The position numbers were made by a program, and so were the translations under genes. From Candidatus Heimdallarchaeota archaeon (GTDB lineage: Archaea; Asgardarchaeota; Heimdallarchaeia; Heimdallarchaeales; Kariarchaeaceae), in NCBI GenBank assembly GCA_030149205.1, contig JASBSB010000007.1, forward strand, positions 180,001 through 212,000: DNA of 32,000 nt. Reading direction: 5' to 3'. The notes beneath the pieces were generated by a model. The model made no database searches. It was not told where the DNA came from and saw only the letters and a program-made list of their open reading frames with translations. Positions within the stretch are counted from its first letter, which is position 1, and each line of letters starts with the position of its first letter. Positions 24,815 through 32,000 of this stretch are shown here, piece by piece.

Positions 24815-26950
24815 TTATAACCATTCAACAGTGTTAAGTCCCAGAATATTTAACCCTGTTTTCAGCCCTTTTCTTATCAAGATTACTAGCATTATTTTTG
24901 CTAATTCTTCTTCTTCATCCGATAATCCTAATATTTTTTCTGTTTCATAAAATTTCATAAAATCAAGTGCCAATGTTCTACACCATGTAGATAACTTTGA
25001 GGGGTCAAGAGAGATTTGACTTTCTAAGACTTGTTCAGTTAATACTTCAAGAGTATTCATTATTTTCACAACAATTTCAATGTTTGATAAATATTCAAAT
25101 TTAACCCGAGAAGGATCAAGGTCCTCTTTCTTGTTTGTTTTTCTAAGAACCCCAGAAGTTCTAGCATAGGCATAAAGAATCAATGGTCCAGAATTTCTCC
25201 TGAAATCTAATTCTCTCTCTAAATCAAGTGTTATTTTTTTATTAGGACTACTTTCAATTAATGGAAATCTTGTACTTGCCAAGGCCACTGCATTAATTAT
25301 ATCTTCATCCTTTTCCTCTTTAACCACCTTACTTGTTTTGTCTGACTCTTGTTTGGCGATTTTTGATCTGACCACAGTCTCAAAGAAATAATCATCAGCT
25401 GTTATATATTGTGCTCGACGACCGCTCATTGTTTTACCTAGTAATTCTACCAGCTCATATTTGTAATGGTTCAAGTTTTTAGCAACCTTCAAGTACCCTA
25501 ATTGGTAAATTGGTAATATCAATTGAAGTTGTGGTAAACTTTGCTCAGAGCTTATAACATTGTATACGACATCTGCTTTATATTTTTCAAACTTTTTAAT
25601 GGAGTAGGCCATATCCTTCATTGCATAAAGCGCTGTTCCATCATTTCTAATTAGCTGAAGATCAGGAATACCGGATTTAGGTAAAAAGTTATTTTTATCC
25701 AGGTCTAACTCTTTACACATTTTATTTACTATTTCTTTTGGATATTTTAGCTTGACAGTCCCATCAGATTGAATTTCTGCATTATCCAGTTTTTTTATTC
25801 TTGCTAATATCTCTTCCAGTCTACCTTCCCATGTTACATCTGATTCATAATCAAACCCATCAAATCTCACATTAAAATTGTTTACTGTTGCCTTAAAAGC
25901 TTCAATCGTCCAGTCTGTTACCTCTCTAAATATATTTTTTATTTCTTGGTTTAGGTCATTTTCATAATTTTTTAAATACTCAGAAGTTACACCTAAAAGG
26001 TCTAAATCTTGAACTGCATTGTATAAGGTGTTAAACAACCTAGGAAATCTACTTTCAAGATCTTTTGAAATTTCAAAATAACTAATAAAATCATTTTTAT
26101 AACCGTTAAAGTTTTTAATTTCTCTTGAAAGCTCTCGTTTAGCCTTTTTATACACTTTTAAATTTTTATCGTCCAATAATGAGATTTCTTTCTCAAGTCT
26201 CTTGATATTACTTGAAAAGTAATTTTTTGCATTATCTATATCTTTTTTTGTAAACTTATAATTAAACTTTGATAGTTCAAAATTTGTGGCATATTTTCTC
26301 TTTAACGTTATTATTGTAAATAAACAATTCATAATCGCGTAAACTCGACCTATCCAATGATCGAATTTTACATCAGGAAAAACTCTTTTCTCCTTTAGAA
26401 TCTTGTATCCCACTACAGTGAATCCAATTTGCAAGCCAATGTCATTTATGTAAAATAACCTATACACCTGGTACCCAGTTGCCTCAAGAATTCTTGCGTA
26501 GGTATCACCTTGAATAGTATTCCTCAGGTTTCCGACATGGATTGGTGCAATGGGATTAGCAGAAGTGTGTTCTACAACAGCAATTTTACCCTTATTTATT
26601 TCTGAAAATCCATAATCATTTCTCATGACAAATTTAGCAATTTCCTCAAATTTCTTAGTATAAAACAACTGTTTTTCTTTTTCATTCAGCTTTAAATTTA
26701 GAAATACTATTGGTCGATTCTTAGTTTCTATTGTTGCAATCCCATAACTTTCGATGTATCTTGAATTTTCTACCAATTTTTCCCCAACTTTTTTTGCAAA
26801 TATTACAGGTTCTTCTTTTTTTGAATATTTATTTATGACGAACCCAAACTCTCCTTGTTCTCTATAATCTGAAATTACCTCTTCTAGTACAACTGTACCC
26901 TGGAGTTCATCACAAATTCTATTAACTTCCTCTTGAAGGAATTTTCTCAT
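24815..26950 (-). CDS. argS: Arginine--tRNA ligase
   Basis: EHTSANP..PIHVGNLRN (HIGH motif), FYINDIGLQ, FDGFDYESD, L.RNDGT.LY..KD.AY, MSGRR..YI, SGPLILYAYAR. Confidence 0.97.
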   Translation of the reverse strand: MRKFLQEEVNRICDELQGTVVLEEVISDYREQGEFGFVINKYSKKEEPVIFAKKVGEKLVENSRYIESYGIATIETKNRPIVFLNLKLNEKEKQLFYTKKFEEIAKFVMRNDYGFSEINKGKIAVVEHTSANPIAPIHVGNLRNTIQGDTYARILEATGYQVYRLFYINDIGLQIGFTVVGYKILKEKRVFPDVKFDHWIGRVYAIMNCLFTIITLKRKYATNFELSKFNYKFTKKDIDNAKNYFSSNIKRLEKEISLLDDKNLKVYKKAKRELSREIKNFNGYKNDFISYFEISKDLESRFPRLFNTLYNAVQDLDLLGVTSEYLKNYENDLNQEIKNIFREVTDWTIEAFKATVNNFNVRFDGFDYESDVTWEGRLEEILARIKKLDNAEIQSDGTVKLKYPKEIVNKMCKELDLDKNNFLPKSGIPDLQLIRNDGTALYAMKDMAYSIKKFEKYKADVVYNVISSEQSLPQLQLILPIYQLGYLKVAKNLNHYKYELVELLGKTMSGRRAQYITADDYFFETVVRSKIAKQESDKTSKVVKEEKDEDIINAVALASTRFPLIESSPNKKITLDLERELDFRRNSGPLILYAYARTSGVLRKTNKKEDLDPSRVKFEYLSNIEIVVKIMNTLEVLTEQVLESQISLDPSKLSTWCRTLALDFMKFYETEKILGLSDEEEELAKIMLVILIRKGLKTGLNILGLNTVEWL

Positions 26951-26998
26951 TAGCTTTTTGTTTTTTTGAATAACATAATATTTTTGATATATTGAGTG

Positions 26999-27949
26999 TT
27001 AAGAAGAATAAATTTGAATTATTTCAGTGAGTAGTTCAATTGCATCTTCTTTCTTTCTTTGGAAGCTATTTCTTCCAATTATTGATCCAAAGCCCCCTCC
27101 TTGATGAATTTCTTTAATTTCCTTGAGAATGTCTTCTTTGTCTTTCGCAGCCCCTCCAGAAAATATAACGATTCTTTTACCATCAAAGGCAGATTGAATT
27201 ACATGATGAATTCGATCAGATAGTTTTTCTTTTGGTATACCTTCATAATATGCTTTTGCTGCTTCCAATTCTATAAGTTCAGATGGAGGTTTTACCTTTA
27301 TGATATCTGCTCCCATTTGAGCTGCTATCTGTGCTGCATATGCAACTACATCAAGCGAGGTCTCACCTGCTTTTGACAGATTCTCTCCCCTTGGATAAGA
27401 CCAAACAACAGCTGCTAAACCAACATCATGAGCTTCACGTATAACTTCTTTAAGTTCAAACAACAATTCATTGATATCTGAAGTTCCGGGATAAATTGTA
27501 AAACCGACTGCACTACATCCTAATTCAAGTGCATCTTGAACAGAAGAAGTTAATGCCGATTTCGGGTTTTTTGTTTTGTAAAGAGAGTTGTTGTTGTTAA
27601 CTTTCAAAATTAAGGGGATCTCTCCAGGATATTCATTGGCTGCCATTTGAATAAATCCCAATGGTGCAGCATATGCATTCAATTTTGCTTCTATTGCAAG
27701 CTCAACATGATAAAGCGGGTCGTAACCCCTTGGGTTAGGCTGAAATGATCTGGCAGGTCCATGCTCAAACCCTTGATCGACTGGTAAAATTAACATTTTT
27801 CCAGTACCTCCAAGAGATCCTTGGTCTAACATTTGCTTTAAACTTCGACGAACACCCGGACTTGTGTGTCCATAATTTTTTAAAATCTTTTGAACTTTAT
27901 CCATATTTAGAGTTATCCGGATTCGATTTATAAGAGTTAGATTAGACAC
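26999..27949 (-). CDS. fbaB: Class I fructose-bisphosphate aldolase, FbaB/DhnA type
   Basis: ILPVDQGFEHGPARSF, AVGFTIYPG, VVWSYPRG, ADIIKVK (Schiff-base Lys), GSIIGRNSFQR. Probable start is the ATG at 27904. Confidence 0.95.
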   Translation of the reverse strand: MSNLTLINRIRITLNMDKVQKILKNYGHTSPGVRRSLKQMLDQGSLGGTGKMLILPVDQGFEHGPARSFQPNPRGYDPLYHVELAIEAKLNAYAAPLGFIQMAANEYPGEIPLILKVNNNNSLYKTKNPKSALTSSVQDALELGCSAVGFTIYPGTSDINELLFELKEVIREAHDVGLAAVVWSYPRGENLSKAGETSLDVVAYAAQIAAQMGADIIKVKPPSELIELEAAKAYYEGIPKEKLSDRIHHVIQSAFDGKRIVIFSGGAAKDKEDILKEIKEIHQGGGFGSIIGRNSFQRKKEDAIELLTEIIQIYSS

Positions 27950-27958
27950 TTATAAAAT

Positions 27959-29596
27959 TTAATTTTTTTTTGTGTTAATCTCTAATTTATCCAATATCTG
28001 TTTCGTGAGTTTATCTGTGAATGTAAGGTTCTGCAGACTTTCAAAGTCGTTTGTCTCCTTGTTAAGGACTTTAACAGAATTTCTGAATTTATCAAATTTC
28101 CAATCAAAATGAAGAATCCATTCGCACTCTGTATTAACCTCTGATTTCAAAATAATATCTTTCATATCATCAATAAAATCATCTGGGGATAATTCACTTA
28201 CATTCTGAGATATTGGATATAAATCAGAAAGTCCAATTGGTACCAAACCAAAAATTGGTGATAATAAATATACATTTTTGAGCTCTTCCAGCACTTCATC
28301 ATTGTAGACAATAGTATTTTCAACCAGAAATTTATTGTAAATCGCTTCTTTCCAAGATGGTGCAATAATTATTCTCACAGGTCTCTCCTTTAGCCAATCA
28401 CTGCAAAACTTTCTAATTATTTGAATTTCTGGCTTTTTCAAATCCATTGTATCTCTAATTCTTATGGCATTAACATTTGATATCTGTGTACCGCTAATTA
28501 AGAGGTTCATTGTTAAATCATTTTGATATATTAATTTTACTGCTAAATTTGTGGCTCGAGTGAGATTCGGTGCTGATCTAGCTCTAATCATAACTAAATC
28601 CCATAATTCCCCTCTCTCTATGGCATTTCTAATCATTCTAATTTCTTGAACAGAAACCCATAAATTATGTTCAGCAAGCTTTCGCTCTCTCTCCTTTTTT
28701 TCTAAATTCATTAATTCACCAGGTGTTGTGTCTATGCAAATAGGACAGATACAAGGTAACGTATTCAGTTTACTTAGTTCAAATGTCCCCTTATTTGTTA
28801 AATATCGATTATCTTTCGCCATAAGGCTATATGCTGCAGAATCAAACGTATCACAACCGAGGAAAACAGCTAAAGCAAACATTGCTGGATGTCCGGCACC
28901 AAACAAATGGATTGGGACTGAGCTTGGGATTTTAGATTTAGCTGTAATAATAATCTTTACAAGATTTTCATAATCTTGATTAATCATGATTTGTACAACG
29001 CTACCTATTGCGGCAAATTTAAAATTCTCAAACAAATTCCATTCTTTAACTTTATCGGTGTAATTATTAATGAGGTCTGTATACTTCCCCCCTTGAATTG
29101 GTAAAGTCCAGGAAGCTTTAAGATTTTCAGAGTTTAAGATTAATTTTCTTGCGTCTCTTACCTTCTCTAGTGTTTTTGAATTTTTATCTGAGGCAATTTT
29201 AAATGAATCTTTGTAAGCTATTGGATGATCTAAAATCACACCTATGTCCGCGTTAACTTGAGTTTGAAGTCCCATACTATCTTCTTGTGAAATTTCGATA
29301 TCTCCATACACAAGTATTTGATAAGCCCCACTATCCATCATGATCACCCCTGGAAAGTTTAAAATTTTATGGATATCCTGTATTTCAATTTTATTTTGAT
29401 TGATTCTTTTATAAAGTAAATATGCTGATGTAATAATTTGTTTAAACTTGAATTTTTGGAATAAGTCATGAGGTGGGATCTGGTGATACTCAGGATGTAC
29501 AACAGGAAACAACGCAGGTGTTTCAATTGTTTTACCATTGACATTAATCTTTCCGATTCTGGCTAAACCATCCCATTTCTGAACTTCAAACTCCAC
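27959..29596 (-). CDS. tgtA: Archaeosine tRNA-guanine(15) transglycosylase
   Basis: ETPALFPVV, MMDSGAYQ, PIQGG, HLFGAGHP..FALAV.LGCDTFDSAAY, Zn site CICPIC...HN; GTG start. Confidence 0.95.
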   Translation of the reverse strand: MEFEVQKWDGLARIGKINVNGKTIETPALFPVVHPEYHQIPPHDLFQKFKFKQIITSAYLLYKRINQNKIEIQDIHKILNFPGVIMMDSGAYQILVYGDIEISQEDSMGLQTQVNADIGVILDHPIAYKDSFKIASDKNSKTLEKVRDARKLILNSENLKASWTLPIQGGKYTDLINNYTDKVKEWNLFENFKFAAIGSVVQIMINQDYENLVKIIITAKSKIPSSVPIHLFGAGHPAMFALAVFLGCDTFDSAAYSLMAKDNRYLTNKGTFELSKLNTLPCICPICIDTTPGELMNLEKKERERKLAEHNLWVSVQEIRMIRNAIERGELWDLVMIRARSAPNLTRATNLAVKLIYQNDLTMNLLISGTQISNVNAIRIRDTMDLKKPEIQIIRKFCSDWLKERPVRIIIAPSWKEAIYNKFLVENTIVYNDEVLEELKNVYLLSPIFGLVPIGLSDLYPISQNVSELSPDDFIDDMKDIILKSEVNTECEWILHFDWKFDKFRNSVKVLNKETNDFESLQNLTFTDKLTKQILDKLEINTKKN

Positions 29597-29648
29597 ATTG
29601 GAATTTTAACTCTTAGCTTCAAAAATCTGTCTTTGAATTACAGAAACA

Positions 29649-30065
29649 TTATTTATGGGTCTTATATGCTTCCCAGATACTCTTAATTCTGTCAGCAACA
29701 ATACCCTCACCACCAGAAACTCCCTGTTCGTTTACAACAAATCTGTCCATTACTCGAATATTGTTGGTATCTTCAAAGACTTTGACGTTTTCAGATTTAA
29801 AGACCTTTGCTAGTTCTTCAGCTAATCCATTAATATCAAATGGTATGTCGCCAAGTGAAATGTATGAAACCATTTTACCGGAAATTAGCAGAGAAAAAAA
29901 CTTTTCACCATCACTAACTTTCACATCTGTCATAACAAGGTTTAACTCTTCATTTATGCCTTTCAATACTCCATAGTATGTCTTCTGTTCTGTGGTACGT
30001 ACCTCTACTTTTTTGTTTACCAGTTTGTGTAATTCAGCTAAATAAGCTCTATTTGCTTGACTCAT
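29649..30065 (-). CDS. Sm-like protein with C-terminal domain (SmAP3 / Lsm_C type)
   Basis: Sm1 motif (KKVEV....K.YYGVLKGINEELNLVMTD), Sm2 motif (LLISG..VSYI), then a ~65-aa extension (FDI..LAEEL..VF....VK). Confidence 0.85.
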   Translation of the reverse strand: MSQANRAYLAELHKLVNKKVEVRTTEQKTYYGVLKGINEELNLVMTDVKVSDGEKFFSLLISGKMVSYISLGDIPFDINGLAEELAKVFKSENVKVFEDTNNIRVMDRFVVNEQGVSGGEGIVADRIKSIWEAYKTHK

Positions 30066-30222
30066 ATTTACCTGTTGATTATCCCTTTCTTATAAATTTC
30101 TTTAGTTTGACTATATAATTGAAACCTTTTATCAACTTCCAATGAAAGTGTAATAGAAGTTCTCATTAAATTCTGACCAAACAAATAAGTATTAAACAAT
30201 CAAAACCACTCTTGAAATAAGA

Positions 30223-31584
30223 ATGATAACTTCCTCTTCTTTTGGGAATTATTCCAAAAATATAATAAAAGAATTCAATTCCAAAAATATATCTATTGGA
30301 GATTTTATCGAGGTAAAAAGAGTCAAAAATAAAATCTCTGGCATTTTGTTACCACAGTCAGAATTTGGTGATGTGAATACCATTATCTTAAAACAGAAGA
30401 ATGGATATAATGTTGGAATAAAATTTGAGCCAAAAACAAAAATTGTGAAAGTCGGTGAGGGAATAAAACTTGAAAATTTTCCCGTAGCCTCTATCAAACA
30501 AAAACCCAAATTACCTGAAATATCTCTGATAGCAACAGGAGGCACAATCGCATCCAGGATTGATTATTTAACTGGTGGTGTGTACATGGCAAGTAAACCA
30601 GAAGAGGTTTTTGCCAGCTTACCAGAACTATTGGATGAGGTGAGCTTTAAAACAATCAATCCCCTATTTCAGCTGGCAAGTGAAGATATGGGATACATTC
30701 AATGGCAAAAAATAGCTACAGAGATCAAGAAAGAGTTAGATGGGGGTTCAAGAGGAATAGTTATTATGCATGGGACGGATATGATGGGATATTCATCTGC
30801 AGCATTATCTTTCATGTTAGAAAATTTAACGGCCCCTGTTGTTTTTACAGGAGGGCAAAGGTCATCTGACAGGGGATCTTTTGATGGAGCTCTTAATCTT
30901 ATATCTTCAGCAAGGTTAGCTGCAAATTCTAATATTGCTGAGGTAATGGTGTGTATGCACGAAACATCAAATGACACAACATGTTTAGCATTACCTGGAA
31001 CCAAGGTCAAAAAGATGCATACATCAAGAAGGGATGCATTTAAGGTGATCAATGGATTTCCTTATGCTAGAACCTATAAAAGCGGAAAAATTGAGGAATT
31101 AGATGTTAAGGATGTCCATAGAAGAAGTGAAGGAAATGTGAAGTTGTTATCCGGGTATGAACCAAAAGTTGGTCTTTTGAAGATATACCCAAATTCAAAT
31201 CCTGAAATTATCGATTGGTATGTTGATCGAGGTTACAAAGGATTAATTATTGAAGGAACTGGGCTTGGACATGTTCCTGCATTTACACCTGATGGTGAAG
31301 AGCATCGATCTTGGTTACCAGCCATTGAGCGTTCTTTGGAGTCTGGATTATATGTTGGAATGACTTCTCAATGTGTGTATGGTAGAACCCATCCTTATGT
31401 CTATAGGGGATTAAGAAAACTCTCTAAGGTTGGAGTTGAGTACCTAGGAGACATGATCTCAGAAACTGCCTTAATTAAGCTGGGCTGGGCCATTGGGAAC
31501 TTTTCTTTTGATAATGTCTCTAACATAATGAACACAAATATAGCAGGTGAACTTTCTGATAGGACACTATTGGGAGGTAATTGA
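30223..31584 (+). CDS. gatD: Glutamyl-tRNA(Gln) amidotransferase subunit D
   Basis: LKQKNGYNVG, ATGGTIASRIDY.TGGV, HGTDMM.Y, GGQRSSDR.S.D, KMHTSRRDAF, GTGLGHV. Confidence 0.97.
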   Translation: MITSSSFGNYSKNIIKEFNSKNISIGDFIEVKRVKNKISGILLPQSEFGDVNTIILKQKNGYNVGIKFEPKTKIVKVGEGIKLENFPVASIKQKPKLPEISLIATGGTIASRIDYLTGGVYMASKPEEVFASLPELLDEVSFKTINPLFQLASEDMGYIQWQKIATEIKKELDGGSRGIVIMHGTDMMGYSSAALSFMLENLTAPVVFTGGQRSSDRGSFDGALNLISSARLAANSNIAEVMVCMHETSNDTTCLALPGTKVKKMHTSRRDAFKVINGFPYARTYKSGKIEELDVKDVHRRSEGNVKLLSGYEPKVGLLKIYPNSNPEIIDWYVDRGYKGLIIEGTGLGHVPAFTPDGEEHRSWLPAIERSLESGLYVGMTSQCVYGRTHPYVYRGLRKLSKVGVEYLGDMISETALIKLGWAIGNFSFDNVSNIMNTNIAGELSDRTLLGGN

Positions 31585-31585
31585 G

Positions 31586-32000
31586 ATGGTCAATATCAAA
31601 GCCCCAGAAAACCTTGATTATGAAAAAGAAGGATTAATGATAGGCTTGGAATTTCATCAGCAAATTTACGCTCCTTATCATTTAGATAGTCATTCAGAGT
31701 TAGAAATTACTGAGGGGTCAAAGCTATTTTGCCCCTGCCCAGCTGTTATCCAAGAAAAAGAACCAGATTTAGAAATCATTAGGCAGTTAAGGGCTGTTAG
31801 TGGTGAAACTGGTGAGGTAGATATTACAGCAAAATTTGAAAAATCTAAAAACCAAATGATACATTATGAGTATTATAAGGACACAAATTGTCTTGTTGAG
31901 TTAGATGAAGAACCAATTCACCCGGTTAATCCAAATGCATTGCTTCGAGTAATTGCAATTTCAAAGAATCTATTTAACTTACAAATTTTTGATGAATTGT
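31586..32000 (+). CDS. gatE: Glutamyl-tRNA(Gln) amidotransferase subunit E, 5' part; truncated by the window edge
   Basis: Manual translation: DYEKEGLMIGLEFHQQ...KLFCPCP...RQLRAVSGETGEVD..AKFE...CLVELDEEPIH; GGAGGT SD at 31573. Confidence 0.95.
   Translation, partial: MVNIKAPENLDYEKEGLMIGLEFHQQIYAPYHLDSHSELEITEGSKLFCPCPAVIQEKEPDLEIIRQLRAVSGETGEVDITAKFEKSKNQMIHYEYYKDTNCLVELDEEPIHPVNPNALLRVIAISKNLFNLQIFDEL

Noticed and set aside
1-32000. Mobile elements, CRISPR arrays, rRNA/tRNA genes, defence systems
   Set aside because: No transposase/integrase ORF, no regular repeat-spacer array and no GC-rich structural RNA island seen by eye; a tRNAscan/Infernal run would be needed to exclude small ncRNAs.

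Overview
Low-GC (roughly 30%) archaeal chromosomal window that is almost entirely housekeeping. The archaeal information-processing genes plus three longin/uDENN-like ORFs suggest an Asgard archaeon, perhaps Heimdallarchaeia (inference). Contents in order: 5' part of PolD large subunit (polC, runs off the left edge), a Trm9/ALKBH8-like methyltransferase, an EMC3/TMCO1 (DUF106) insertase with a large extracellular N-terminal domain, rpl34e-cmk, dodecin, a secreted Ca-binding repeat protein, rpl21e-rpo4-DUF655, queE, a ~1 kb AT-rich intergenic region, rpl37e, TtuA/Ncs6, Hef, a fragmented piece of the S10/spc ribosomal cluster (uS3-uL29-Rpp29 | uS17-uL14-uL24-eS4-uL5), thermosome, ArgRS, a bacterial-type class I aldolase, archaeosine TGT, SmAP3, gatD and the start of gatE. 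I saw no CRISPR, IS element, rRNA or tRNA. Best leads: (1) a candidate replication origin at ~11626-11982 (inverted ORB-like boxes around a 184-bp, ~85% AT spacer) with no adjacent cdc6/orc1; (2) a YidC-like architecture in the archaeal Oxa1-family gene; (3) uS3 apparently starting at CTG; (4) a shared CGCG-core motif upstream of three highly expressed genes; (5) a structured or palindromic element upstream of the uS17 operon. All annotation is by eye and motif recall; no database searches were run.
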